DNA of 64,000 bases from Nitrospira sp. ST-bin5 (GCA_002083555.1 MSXN01000007.1:65889-129888); one strand, 5' to 3'; positions 11,101-20,148 are shown, counted from the stretch's first letter. The notes: a model not told the origin generated them from the sequence alone. Program-made: numbers and translations.

Positions 11101-11361
11101 GTCGGTGTGGGCCCCGTTCAGAAAGTGCGTGGATTGTCCCAAGACCTCGCTCTCCGCGTAGCCGGTCAGGAGCCGGAATGCCGGATTCGCCTGGATGATC
11201 GGATGGCGGGGAACGGAGGCATCGGTGACCAGCACGCCGGAGTTTGTGGCGGCAATTACCCTGGATTGAAGAAAGGTGTGCCGTCGTTCACGAACGAAGG
11301 CCCAGAGAGCGGCACCGGTGAGCAGAGCGCTGCCAAACAAGAGATTCCCGGTTACGTCCAT
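8092..11361 (-). CDS. Hybrid sensor histidine kinase (N-terminal TM, about 5 PAS, HisKA-HATPase, REC)
   Basis: H box GIAHEFNN, N box LNLVENA, DTGEG, FDPFFTTK, GRGMGL; C-terminal receiver LFVDDE...ITDVTMP...KP. Start at ATG 11361 preferred over the track start at 11541. Confidence 0.92.
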   Translation of the reverse strand: MDVTGNLLFGSALLTGAALWAFVRERRHTFLQSRVIAATNSGVLVTDASVPRHPIIQANPAFRLLTGYAESEVLGQSTHFLNGAHTDRTAVEKIGLALQDSRACRVTVRHYRKNGTPFWNEVTLSPVKNRAGTVIQFIWVMNDITQRQQAEEALKHTHDPSHLLAELMAETILVIGEDNRIAYVNAAGIRLLGATSPEQLIGNPLAAILPPDRQEAARQRMQHLRGSGDPRTCYEERFVCLDSHTLHKVVTVMISASPVLWKGRAATLLSCSDLTAEQQARSTTQRLEQQLTSAETAAHLGSWEWNPGDNTAQWSKELYRILGHPQDTIAPSHDRFLSSFHPDDRDRLHTALTQYLESGAPLDVSCRIVQPNGTVRHVHCLGEAIVRDTTNQATRVTGTLQDLTPHVMMEQIAHDRDEQFRLVVESAPNGILLTSEDGTITLANATLENIFGYGHGELIGHSVDILVPDEFKSSHADQRRCFFSSPVSRPMGAGREFLARRKDGKEISVEIGLAPLRTSTGTHVLATIVDISARKALDELLREKDALNQAVLDSLTAEVAVLDQTGQITAVNTAWRQFGLTGTGEAAPISPGHNYLVSLKNAAQGGDATAQSALEGIEAVRTGTRDRFSLEYPCQTPTEARWFAMTVMPLHGPWDGLVVTHEEISARKLAEQEREHLLTQTQHLQKMQAIGTLAGGIAHEFNNSLTAVLGFSELALKAIAKDHKVRRHLDQIIAAGRKSRDLVHQLLTFSQQGRHLKRPLSLHILIKESLKLLRPLVPSWVQLNERIHVPTPPVSADSSQMHQMLLNLVENALHAMQKTGGTLTVALEEVQVTQLRVGPQARLEPGAYARLMVQDTGEGMPPDVQERIFDPFFTTKDLGTGRGMGLAVVHGIITAHGGTIFVDSAPGTGTTVEVYLPIIPTQNATAVSPNAEEPLPQGHECVLFVDDEESLARFGGEMLESLGYYAVVRMSASEALQAFRMAPQRFDLLITDVTMPNMSGIALAKDCRLLRPDLPIILCSGSEHTLSAEAKQVQGLTKCVLKPLMLQDVAHTIRQVLDQAASETPSPHQRYRELARELVEEHDAISPSR

Positions 11362-11650
11362 GCCGGGCTCCAATGTGTTGCCAGCTTCAGCCTGCGGGAT
11401 TTCTCGATTATGCGATCGCGGTTTCGTCGCCCCCCGTCGCTTCGATCTGTCGGTTCCGCACGAAGGAGGAGAGCCAATTGATGCAGAGAAGGGCCAAACA
11501 GCATCACGGGAGAACAGCAACGAGGGATAGGTGCACAACACGCCATAGGTTACGGATAAGTATAAAGAAACTCATGCGAATAGCCTAGAGGTAGACGCGT
11601 GGGCGTGAAATAAAAATAGGACCTACTGAAGTAGAGCCGTCCGACTCCGG

Positions 11651-12307
11651 CTATTGTTTCCTCTTCGCGAAAAACGCAGCGGCTTGGGCCCGCCGTGTCA
11701 CACGCAGCTTCTGAAAGACATTGGCTAAGTAATTTTTGACCGTCTTATCGCTAAGGTTCAGGGCGGTGGCGATTTCCTTGTTGGTTTGACCTTCTGCCAC
11801 AAGGGCCAGGACCCGCTCTTCTTGTGGAGACAACGGTTCGGTTCCCGGTGGGGCGGAGCCCTTGCTGAGGCCTCGCAGCCATGTGAGGGCTCGTTCTGTG
11901 ACACTGGGATCGAGGATGGAATGCCCCTCTGCCACAGCATGCACCGCGCGGAGCAGTGCGGCCGAATCAATCTCTTTCAGCACATAGCCGTGGGCGCCCG
12001 CCAATACCGCCGCGAGGACTGAATCATCGTCGGCGTACGAGGTGAGGAAAATGACACGTATGTCGGGGTGGGTCGCCAGAATCTCCCGGCAGGCATCCAC
12101 GCCGGATCCGTCCGGGAGCCGCACGTCCATGAGAATGACGTGCGGCTTCAATCGTGCTGCGTCGCGAACCGCCTCGCCGACCGTCGAGGATTCCCCGACG
12201 ACCGTGACGTGCTCGTGCTGGGTGAGGACGGTGCGAAGCCCGACCCGGACGACCTCGTGATCGTCGACGAGCAGCAGTCGAACCGTGTTCGCTTTCACTT
12301 TCGGCAT
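11651..12307 (-). CDS. NarL/DevR(DosR)-family DNA-binding response regulator
   Basis: LVDDHEVVR...MDVRLPDGSG receiver; LuxR HTH GQTNKEIA..LNLSDKTVKNY. Confidence 0.93.
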   Translation of the reverse strand: MPKVKANTVRLLLVDDHEVVRVGLRTVLTQHEHVTVVGESSTVGEAVRDAARLKPHVILMDVRLPDGSGVDACREILATHPDIRVIFLTSYADDDSVLAAVLAGAHGYVLKEIDSAALLRAVHAVAEGHSILDPSVTERALTWLRGLSKGSAPPGTEPLSPQEERVLALVAEGQTNKEIATALNLSDKTVKNYLANVFQKLRVTRRAQAAAFFAKRKQ

Positions 12308-15300
12308 GGCGAGTCTCCTTCGGTAGATCGCTTCGGTAAATCAATGGTGATGCGGGTGCCGTGTTGTGGGACGGACCTAATCGCGAACCGTCCGCCGACT
12401 TTCCTGGCCCTGGCCTCCATGTTCGTCAGGCCGTGTCCGGCTCCGTGCATACTGGCGGGATTGAAGCCCCTCCCGTTGTCGGCGATCGTCAGGCGGATGG
12501 AACGGGAGAGCGATTTCAAGGACACTGTTGTTTGTGTGGCCTCCGCGTGGCGGAGGCTGTTGCTGAGAGCTTCACGTACCACGTTTAGTAGGTGAAGAGC
12601 CTGTTCAGTGGAGAACGTGTCGGCCAGACACTCATCGATCGTGAGCGTGCAGGGAATCGGATGGTTTGCGGTGAGCGTCTGGACCATGGTTCGTAATGCC
12701 ATCGGGAAGGTGCTCCCCTGGAGGATCTGGGATTCCAACCCGGCGATGAAGTTCCGCACCTCGCTCATGACGTGGTTCAAGTGTCCGATCGCGCGGTCCA
12801 TCGAGGCGGCGGCTTTCTTATAATGCCGTTGGGTCATGAGGGGCTTGCAGGCTTCAAGCCCGAGTCCCACGGCATAAAGGGACTGAAGAATGCCGTCGTG
12901 AAGATCCTGACTGATGCGTTCCCGTTCATCGAGTGCGGTACGAAGGTCGCGTTCCCGTTGCCGAAGCGTTTCTTCGATCCGCTTTCGTTCGGTGATATCG
13001 GTGGAGGCGCCGAGCACCATGGCCGCTTTCCCGGATTCATCCAGGATTGGGCGCTTGACGGTTTGGAGCCAGCGTGTGTGTCCTGCCGAGTCCGTCATCA
13101 TTTCTTCGGCAATAAACTGTTCGCGGAGAGAGTCCATTACTTCAAGATCTGTTTTTCTGAAGAACGCGAGTTCCCGTGTATTGGAATTGAAGTCCGCATC
13201 GGTTTTCCCGACGAGCCGTTCAACCGTGGTGCCGTAGGCCTCGGCGACGGCCTTGTTTACGAGCGTAAAACGTCCCTCGCGGTCTTTGGCGAAGATAAAA
13301 TTCGGATTGGTGTCGATGATTTGCCTGATGAACGCATGAGAACGCCGCAGGTCTTCTTCAGACTGTTTGATCTGCGAGACGTCGTGGGCCACCCCGATGA
13401 TGCCGATCATATTTCCTGCGGCATCGCGGTAGGGGGCCTTGGTGGTGAGGTAGGTGATGCGCTTCCCATTGGCGATCGTGCTCTCCTCCAGAGTCTGCGC
13501 GGAACCGGTCGACAGGATCAGCCGATCGGCTTCTTTGCAACAGGCTGCGAGATCGGCCGGCCAAATGGCGTCGTCATCTTTTCCGACCACCTCTTGAGGA
13601 GACAGCCCGACCGCCCGGGCTCCGGCGGGGTTCATATGCAGATAGTGTCCCTCGAGATCCTTCACGAAAATGATATCCATCGTCGTATTCATGATGGCCG
13701 AGAGCAGCGCGTGCTGCTCGCGCAGGGCTTCTTCGGCTTGCTTCCGCTCAGTAATGTCGCGGGCGACTCCAATGACTCCGATGATCTGTCCCTCAGAGTT
13801 ACGATAGGGAGCTTTGGTCGTCAGATAGATCGTCGTGATGCCGTCGCACACCGAGGTTTCTTCCACTGTGACCGGTTCGCCGGTTTCGAGCACGCGGCGG
13901 TCGGCGAGCTGGCAGGAGGCGGCGAGGTCGGATGGCCATATGGCATAGTCGTTCCATCCGATCACCTCCTCGACGGGCATCCCAAGGGCGCGAGCGCCGG
14001 CCCGGTTGATATGAATGTATCGACCCTCCAGATCCTTGACAAAAATAATATCGGTCGCGGCATCCATGACGGCCATTAAGAGGGCATGTTCCTGGTGTAG
14101 TGCGTTCTCTGCACGGACCCGGTCGGTAATATCCTCGTTGAGTACGATCGCCCCGAGCATTTCTCCCGTATCGTTCTTGACCGGGACGGCGGAATTCCGA
14201 ATGGTTCGGCGCTCTCCCGTGCGGGTTTCGATGGCGAGGGTTTCGTTCTGCACGTCTTGCCCGCGCGCGAGTACCGTGCCGACCGCCCAGCGGTGAGGAG
14301 CGTCTGGTTGTGCAATCGTTTCCCACCAGAGTCCGTCGTCTCCTGGCCGAGGGAGACCAACACGGGCAGCCTCCGCCCAGATGCGATGGCCGACAGGGTT
14401 TCCGTATAGGACGTGTCCCTTTTCATCGGTAAACCAGACGCCGATGGGTAAGGTGTCTAGCACCGTCCGCAACTGCCCTTCGCTTCTCGTCAGCGCATCC
14501 TCCGTCCGTTTACGGTCGGTGATGTCCTGGATCATCGCGATCGACGAGGAATACTGTCCCTGGGCGTTACGGATGACGGAGACCGTTGTCTGTGCCCAGA
14601 GGTAGAGGCCGTCTTTTTTCCGATAGCGTTTCACCAGAGTCTCGTGAGAAGCCTCTCCTGCGTGGAGTCTTGCAATAAGCGCTCTGCTAGCGGGGAGATC
14701 GTCCGGATGGGTGAGTCCCTGCATACCCAACGAGTGCAGCTCTTCCGCCGAGTGCCCGGTCATAGCGCAGATAGCTGGGTTGGCCTGGTCGATCCCGTTG
14801 CCTGTGAGATGGCTACCGACGACGATGCCGATAGCGGCATTTTCAAAGACGGCTCTAAATCGTTCTTCGCTGGCGCGCAAGGTCTCCTCTGCCCGTTTGC
14901 GCTCGGTAATATCGGAGAAGAACCCTTGAATGGCAGGTGTGCCGTTCCAGGTGATCCGCACGGCTTCAACTTGCACGTGGATGGGGGTGCCGTCCATCTT
15001 GAGATACAGGCGCTCCGCCCGATGCACGGTGGCTTCGCCGGCCAAGACGCGGCGGAGGTTCTGTGTGACGTCCTCATGGTAGTCGGGATGAATGAATTCG
15101 AAGGGGGAGCGCGCAAGAATATCGTTCGGCTCCGTGGCGCCGAGAAGGGTCATGGCCATGGAGTTGACGTAGACGGTTCGTCCTTCACTGAATACAAAGA
15201 CGCCGGAGGGGGAGAGTTCGACCAAGGTTCGGTAACGTTCCTCGCTTTCCCGCAGCGCCTCTTCTGCCCGCTTGCGCTCGGAGATGTCGCGGATGAAGGC

Positions 15301-18300
15301 GGTGAACATCGGCTGTCCGCCGACTTCAGACGAAGCAATGGCGAATTCGACGGGAAACTCTTGCCCGCTTCGATGGAGGGCGAAGAATTCAAAGCGGCGT
15401 TTTATGGCTGATCCGTCGGCGCTCTGCAGCATGCGATTCATGCCGTGCGCATGGGCTTGGCGGTATCGAGCCGGGATAATTGTTTCATCCAAAGGACATC
15501 CCAGTACTTCGTGCGGAGCATAACCGAACAGGAGCTCTGCTTGGGGGTTCCAGCCGATGATCAGACCGCTTTCGTTGATGGAAACGATGGCGTCCAATGC
15601 CGTTTCAAGAATAGAACGGGTCCGTGCCTCGCTTTCCCGGAAAGCCAGTTCGTGCCGCTTGCGTTCAGTGATGTCGATATGCGAGCCAAGCAGGCGTACT
15701 CGTCGACCATCCGGTTCAGTGACGAACGCGGCACGCGCTTCGATCCAGCGGTAGGTCCCATCCTTATGGCGCAGCCGGAATTCCTGCTGATAGTCGCCCT
15801 CGGGATTGGCAAGATAGGCCTGCACATAGGCGATGACCCGGTCATGGTCTTCGGGATGCAGGTGTGACTCCCAGGATTTGAAGCTATCCGCCAGTTCCGT
15901 TTCTTCATAGCCGAGCAGCTGTTTCCACTCTCTGGAAAACGATGTTTCGTTCGTGTCCGTCTTCCAGTCCCACAGGCCTGTGTGGGATGCGCGGAGCGCC
16001 TGCTGGAGCTTTTCCTGTGAGGCCCCCAGGGCTTCCTCAACCTTCTTGCGCTCGGTGATGTCGCTGAAGGATCCGGCCATCCGAATAGGTTGTCCTGAAG
16101 AATCCCAGACCGCCTGGCCTTTAGCGCCAATCCATCGGAGGGTTCCGCTGCCATGCTGGTGGATGCGATACTCGACGTCATAGGGGAGGCGCTCCTCAAG
16201 GTGCTGAGTGAGCGCTGCCAGGACGTTAGGGAGGTCATCGGGGTGAACTAACGAAAGCCAGGTGCCGAGCACGTCAGGCCTCGCCTTGTTTCCCACGCCC
16301 ATGATCTCTTTCATGCGAGGTGAGTAGTAAATGGGGTTGTGCGGTGCAAAGAGGTTGTCCGAGACCCGTTCGGCATACCACAGGCCGTCCCGGGACCCTT
16401 GTACGGCAAGGTCGAACCGCGTGACGCTTTTGTGAAGTAGTTCCTCTGCTAGTTTCCGGTCGGTAATGTCCGTTTCCGATCCGGCCATGCGGATCGGGCT
16501 GCCATCCTCCGCCCAGAGGGCGACGCCACGATCCAGGATCCACATGTAGGACCCGTCTTTGCGTAGGACTCGGTACTCTTCGCAAAAGGCGGAGGTCTGT
16601 TTGGCCAGATAGTGGTCGATGCCCTGGAGCACGCGGTCCAGATCGTCGGGATGGATACGGCTGCGCCATTCATCGATGTGGTTCCTGACTTCATGGTCTG
16701 CGAAGCCGCGCATGGCTTTCCATCGCGCAGAGAAGAAGATCTCCCCGGCTTGGATATTCCAATCCCAGATGCCGTCGTGGCTCCCTTGTACCGCCAGGTG
16801 CCAACGTTCTTCACTGGCCCGGAGGGCTTCTTCTGCTTGCTTGCGCTCGGTAATATCGAGGGCGGTTCCTGCCATCGCGATCGGATGCGCGGTGGCATCA
16901 CGCTGGACGTCTGCGCGCATGTGAATGACGCGAATGTCCCCGTTCGGCCGGACAATTCGGCATTCCAGATCGAGCGGGCATTTCCCGAGCAAGGCGTCGT
17001 TGACGGCCGCCAGCACGCGATCGTGATCGTCAGGCAGCAGCGCGGCCAAGAATGTGTCATACGTGACAGCGATGGTCCCTGGCTCGTAGCCGAAGATGCG
17101 GAATTGCTCCTCAGACCAATCGGTTTCCCCGCTCTCGATATCCCATTCCCAACTGCCCACGTGGGCTAATGCCTGGGCCTCCAGGAGATGCTGTCGTTGA
17201 CGTTGTAAGGCCTCGGCAGTTTGTCTCTGCTCCGAGACATCCCGACCGATGCCGGTGATGCCGATGATTCGGTTCTGTGGGTCTTTGAGCACGGCTCCGG
17301 TCCAATGATAGGGGATGGTCCGCTGGTCTTTGGTTATGAGATGCCCTTCGAGTTCAGCCTTTCCGTCCGTGAACGCGCGTTGAATCGCGCGCGTCGTCTG
17401 TTCCTGCTCGTGAGCCGGGACAAAAGCGAGCGCGGATTTGCCGCGTAATTCCTCAGAGCTGTATCCCGTGACCTCTTCGACGCGACAATTCCACTTCACC
17501 ATGTTCCCCTGGGTGTCGAGGGTGAACATAAAGTCGGGGACCGTTTCTGTGATATTCCGGAGATCGGTGAGCGCCTGAAGGCGTTCCTGCTCGACGCGCT
17601 GTCGTTCCGTGATGTCGCGAATAATGCCGCAGGTATAGCCTTTCCCCTCGTAGTCGAGATATGTCACCGAGACTTCGATCGGAAACTCTGAGCCGTCTTT
17701 GCGGCGGTGCACGGATTCGTAGGTGGCTGCCCCGCCTTGTCTGATCTTGTCGAGCCGCTGTTGAAATCGTTCCGGATCATGGCCGGGCGCAATGTGGGCG
17801 ATCGTCAAACCCAAGAGCTCTTCCCGCGAATACCCGAGCGACCGGCAGGCGGCGTCATTGGCGTAGATGAACCGTGTGGAATCGTCGGCCCATAGGACGC
17901 CGTCTATGGCATGGTCCACGGCGAATTGGGTAATCCGCAACCGGCGCTCCGCTTGCTGCTGCGTGCGCTCCGCACGCAGTCGCTGGATTTCCGCTCCGGC
18001 TCTCGACGCGAACAGGGTGAGGACCGATTGGAGCCATTCGCTGTTGCGCAGCGGTTTGGTATCCATGATGGCGAGGATACCGATCACGGTTCCGCCTTTT
18101 TTGATGCGTATCGGGACGCCGCAATAACTCTCGATGCCTAACTGAGCCAACTGTGCAAAGTTGGGAAATGTGTCTTGTACGCGGCTGTCAAAGCTGGCGA
18201 ATGACTGCTGCAGTGCGGTCTCGCAAGGTGTCTGGGAGAGGGCATACTCAAAATTGCTGACCAGGGTCCCTCCCGATGAGACGGCAATCGTGTGGACCGT

Positions 18301-18585
18301 GCGGGGGACGGCCTCGGTGACGGTGCCAATGACTGCGTATTGCACCTGCAAGGTTGAGGTGAGCTGATTCACCAAGGACGCGAAAAACTGCTCGCCGGTG
18401 TCTGTCGCGGTCCCCTCGACTATCGTGCGGAGCCAGACGGACTGTTCTTGCAGGTCCTGTAGCTGGCGGTCACGGTCGGTGGTCTGCTCATGCAGTGTTC
18501 GTTCCTGCTCGGCGAGCTCTCGTGCCGCGTCTGCGAGTTGCGTCCGCAGCGATTCCAGTTCAGGCAGTTGTCCGGTCCCACTCAT
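12295..18585 (-). CDS. Giant cytoplasmic sensor kinase: GAF, about 13 PAS/PAC, HisKA_3-HATPase (2096 aa)
   Basis: Repeated DITERK linkers; ERERISQDLHDGILQSL H box, EALSNSLRHA, DNGRGF, GHGLTNM; overlaps the cognate regulator start. Confidence 0.92.
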   Translation of the reverse strand: MSGTGQLPELESLRTQLADAARELAEQERTLHEQTTDRDRQLQDLQEQSVWLRTIVEGTATDTGEQFFASLVNQLTSTLQVQYAVIGTVTEAVPRTVHTIAVSSGGTLVSNFEYALSQTPCETALQQSFASFDSRVQDTFPNFAQLAQLGIESYCGVPIRIKKGGTVIGILAIMDTKPLRNSEWLQSVLTLFASRAGAEIQRLRAERTQQQAERRLRITQFAVDHAIDGVLWADDSTRFIYANDAACRSLGYSREELLGLTIAHIAPGHDPERFQQRLDKIRQGGAATYESVHRRKDGSEFPIEVSVTYLDYEGKGYTCGIIRDITERQRVEQERLQALTDLRNITETVPDFMFTLDTQGNMVKWNCRVEEVTGYSSEELRGKSALAFVPAHEQEQTTRAIQRAFTDGKAELEGHLITKDQRTIPYHWTGAVLKDPQNRIIGITGIGRDVSEQRQTAEALQRQRQHLLEAQALAHVGSWEWDIESGETDWSEEQFRIFGYEPGTIAVTYDTFLAALLPDDHDRVLAAVNDALLGKCPLDLECRIVRPNGDIRVIHMRADVQRDATAHPIAMAGTALDITERKQAEEALRASEERWHLAVQGSHDGIWDWNIQAGEIFFSARWKAMRGFADHEVRNHIDEWRSRIHPDDLDRVLQGIDHYLAKQTSAFCEEYRVLRKDGSYMWILDRGVALWAEDGSPIRMAGSETDITDRKLAEELLHKSVTRFDLAVQGSRDGLWYAERVSDNLFAPHNPIYYSPRMKEIMGVGNKARPDVLGTWLSLVHPDDLPNVLAALTQHLEERLPYDVEYRIHQHGSGTLRWIGAKGQAVWDSSGQPIRMAGSFSDITERKKVEEALGASQEKLQQALRASHTGLWDWKTDTNETSFSREWKQLLGYEETELADSFKSWESHLHPEDHDRVIAYVQAYLANPEGDYQQEFRLRHKDGTYRWIEARAAFVTEPDGRRVRLLGSHIDITERKRHELAFRESEARTRSILETALDAIVSINESGLIIGWNPQAELLFGYAPHEVLGCPLDETIIPARYRQAHAHGMNRMLQSADGSAIKRRFEFFALHRSGQEFPVEFAIASSEVGGQPMFTAFIRDISERKRAEEALRESEERYRTLVELSPSGVFVFSEGRTVYVNSMAMTLLGATEPNDILARSPFEFIHPDYHEDVTQNLRRVLAGEATVHRAERLYLKMDGTPIHVQVEAVRITWNGTPAIQGFFSDITERKRAEETLRASEERFRAVFENAAIGIVVGSHLTGNGIDQANPAICAMTGHSAEELHSLGMQGLTHPDDLPASRALIARLHAGEASHETLVKRYRKKDGLYLWAQTTVSVIRNAQGQYSSSIAMIQDITDRKRTEDALTRSEGQLRTVLDTLPIGVWFTDEKGHVLYGNPVGHRIWAEAARVGLPRPGDDGLWWETIAQPDAPHRWAVGTVLARGQDVQNETLAIETRTGERRTIRNSAVPVKNDTGEMLGAIVLNEDITDRVRAENALHQEHALLMAVMDAATDIIFVKDLEGRYIHINRAGARALGMPVEEVIGWNDYAIWPSDLAASCQLADRRVLETGEPVTVEETSVCDGITTIYLTTKAPYRNSEGQIIGVIGVARDITERKQAEEALREQHALLSAIMNTTMDIIFVKDLEGHYLHMNPAGARAVGLSPQEVVGKDDDAIWPADLAACCKEADRLILSTGSAQTLEESTIANGKRITYLTTKAPYRDAAGNMIGIIGVAHDVSQIKQSEEDLRRSHAFIRQIIDTNPNFIFAKDREGRFTLVNKAVAEAYGTTVERLVGKTDADFNSNTRELAFFRKTDLEVMDSLREQFIAEEMMTDSAGHTRWLQTVKRPILDESGKAAMVLGASTDITERKRIEETLRQRERDLRTALDERERISQDLHDGILQSLYAVGLGLEACKPLMTQRHYKKAAASMDRAIGHLNHVMSEVRNFIAGLESQILQGSTFPMALRTMVQTLTANHPIPCTLTIDECLADTFSTEQALHLLNVVREALSNSLRHAEATQTTVSLKSLSRSIRLTIADNGRGFNPASMHGAGHGLTNMEARARKVGGRFAIRSVPQHGTRITIDLPKRSTEGDSPCRK

Positions 18586-19047
18586 AGCGCGGCTCCTTGC
18601 CAGGTGATGCGTAGGGAACTCGTGTGATTGGCATCGGTTGTGCTCAAGGGGTGATGCAATAGGTCCGGACGTGTAATCTCATGTGCCCCATTGCGAGGCC
18701 ATGGGGTTGACCTCCGGTCCATCAGGGACGCATAGCCATTGGAAGGGAAGCCATGAGATGTCCGGGATTGTGGGTGCAGATCGGGTTGCAGGAACCGCAT
18801 CGCACACTCCCACATGAGTGATCCAGAGTCAGGAGGCCGAGGCCCGCAGTGTCCTACGGACCGCCTCCAAATGTCTAGATCCAAATAGGCCTGGCACGGC
18901 GTGAATGGATGCGGGGCAGACCTCGCTGAGCGATTCGGGGTTTGCTGTCCGATTCAGGGGGAAGCTTGGTGCGCGCTGATCCGCGTATCCACGGGCTAGG
19001 TGGTAGGAGCGGGCCTCTCGCGTGCGTACAGGGGAAGGAGCATAAAT

Positions 19048-19131
19048 TGGTGCCGAAGGCGGGACTTGAACCCGCACGGCTTGCGCCACACGCCCCTCAA
19101 ACGTGCGTGTCTGCCATTTCACCACTTCGGC
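19048..19131 (-). tRNA. tRNA-Leu(GAG)
   Basis: Reverse complement GCCGAAGTGGTGAAATGGCAGACACGCACGTTTGAGGGGCGTG...GGTTCAAGTCCCGCCTTCGGCACCA; long variable arm, encoded CCA. Confidence 0.97.
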
Positions 19132-19136
19132 TACCG

Positions 19137-19259
19137 GCAGGAGCTTGAAAAACTCCCGCAACTGCGTTCTCGCATCGCTCAAACCCTCAACGTACTCAGC
19201 AGTACGCCTCGGGCTTTCGCTCGCTGCGGCCTTGTTGCAGGATTTTTTGAAGCTCCTGC
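19137..19259. repeat. REP/MITE-like palindromic element (about 123 bp)
   Basis: Terminal inverted arms GCAGGAGCTTGAAAAACTCC / GGATTTTTTGAAGCTCCTGC (18/20 complementary); central CGTACT-CAGC-AGTACG palindrome. Confidence 0.75.
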
Positions 19260-19347
19260 ACCTTGGTCACGAAAATAGACCGGCACTCTAGTTTCGTATC
19301 TGCGTGGGACGCTTCACGAACGACGTGCGACGGTCCGAGGGAAGCGC

Positions 19348-19377
19348 ATTATAGAAGGCGGGCAAAATTCTTGTCAA
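19348..19377 (-). promoter_or_regulatory. Consensus sigma-70 promoter for tRNA-Leu(GAG)
   Basis: Minus strand TTGACA (19377-19372), 18 nt, TATAAT (19353-19348). Confidence 0.75.
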
Positions 19378-19399
19378 TAAAGGAGACGTCCGGTAGAAT
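19371..19399 (+). promoter_or_regulatory. Divergent sigma-70 promoter for the HAD-queE-pepA genes
   Basis: TTGTCA (19371-19376), 17 nt, TAGAAT (19394-19399). Confidence 0.6.
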
Positions 19400-19458
19400 C
19401 GCCCCACTTTTACGCTAAGATTCGTCTATTCCGCTCTCTTGAGGAGATTGCCTGTACC

Positions 19459-20148
19459 ATGTCGGTCGCTTCCTCCGTCTCTCAACGCCGTCTGGTCACG
19501 TCTGTCGCCGCGTTTTTCGACGTCGACAATACGCTCTTGCCTGGCGAAGCCAGTGAGGTGGGATTTTTTCGCTGGCTCCGGCAGCGTGGGGTCGTCGGCT
19601 GGCCGGAAGCACGAGCCAGCGTGGCCTGGTGGCTACGGCATCTCCCGTCGCTGTCGCTGCAGCCGCTACGTGAACGCAAATTGTATCTGGCGGGAAAGCC
19701 TGCCCAAGTCATTGAGTCCCTCGGCGAGGAGTTCTGTCGTGAAGCGCTCTGCCCGCGGGTGTCCCCCGCTGCCATGACGGCGATTGAGCGACATCGGAGT
19801 GAGGGGCATCTGGTCATTCTGCTGACGGGATCGCTCGACTTTCTGATGGAGCCCATCGCGGACTCGCTCCAAGTGGATCGGTGTGTCGCCAGTCAATTGG
19901 AGCAGTTGGAGGGGGTTTATACCGGGCAGGTGGTGCCTCCGCTGCCGTACGGCGATGGGAAGCTCACGTATGTACATCGGCTGGCGCACGAACTGGAATT
20001 GGATCTCGAGGCCTGTTTCGCCTACGGCGATAGTCCGGGAGATCGGGCTGTCCTGGCTGCCGTGGGGAATCCCACGGTGGTGAATCCGATTCGCGGCATG
20101 GGCCGGGTGGCCCGCCGTCACGGCTGGCCGGTGGTATCCTGGCGATGA
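19459..20148 (+). CDS. HAD-IB family hydrolase (SerB-like)
   Basis: FFDVDNTL motif I, LLTGS motif II, K and AYGDSPGD motifs III/IV. Confidence 0.88.
   Translation: MSVASSVSQRRLVTSVAAFFDVDNTLLPGEASEVGFFRWLRQRGVVGWPEARASVAWWLRHLPSLSLQPLRERKLYLAGKPAQVIESLGEEFCREALCPRVSPAAMTAIERHRSEGHLVILLTGSLDFLMEPIADSLQVDRCVASQLEQLEGVYTGQVVPPLPYGDGKLTYVHRLAHELELDLEACFAYGDSPGDRAVLAAVGNPTVVNPIRGMGRVARRHGWPVVSWR

Noticed and set aside
12772..14079. Long antisense ORFs (for example 12772-14079, 21054-22403, 34267-35328)
   Set aside because: They shadow well-supported genes on the opposite strand and have no motifs; expected in GC-rich coding DNA.
18629..18643. Sigma-54-like TGGCATCGGTTGTGC on the plus strand
   Set aside because: Spacing fits, but it points away from the kinase and no credible ORF or RNA follows; could be chance.
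7743..19048. Signalling cluster beside the tRNA-Leu(GAG) 3' end as a genomic island
   Set aside because: No integrase, no duplicated tRNA 3' end seen, and composition matches the rest of the window.
18582..19291. Short track ORFs overlapping the tRNA and the repeat element
   Set aside because: Explained by the tRNA and the palindromic element; no coding signal.
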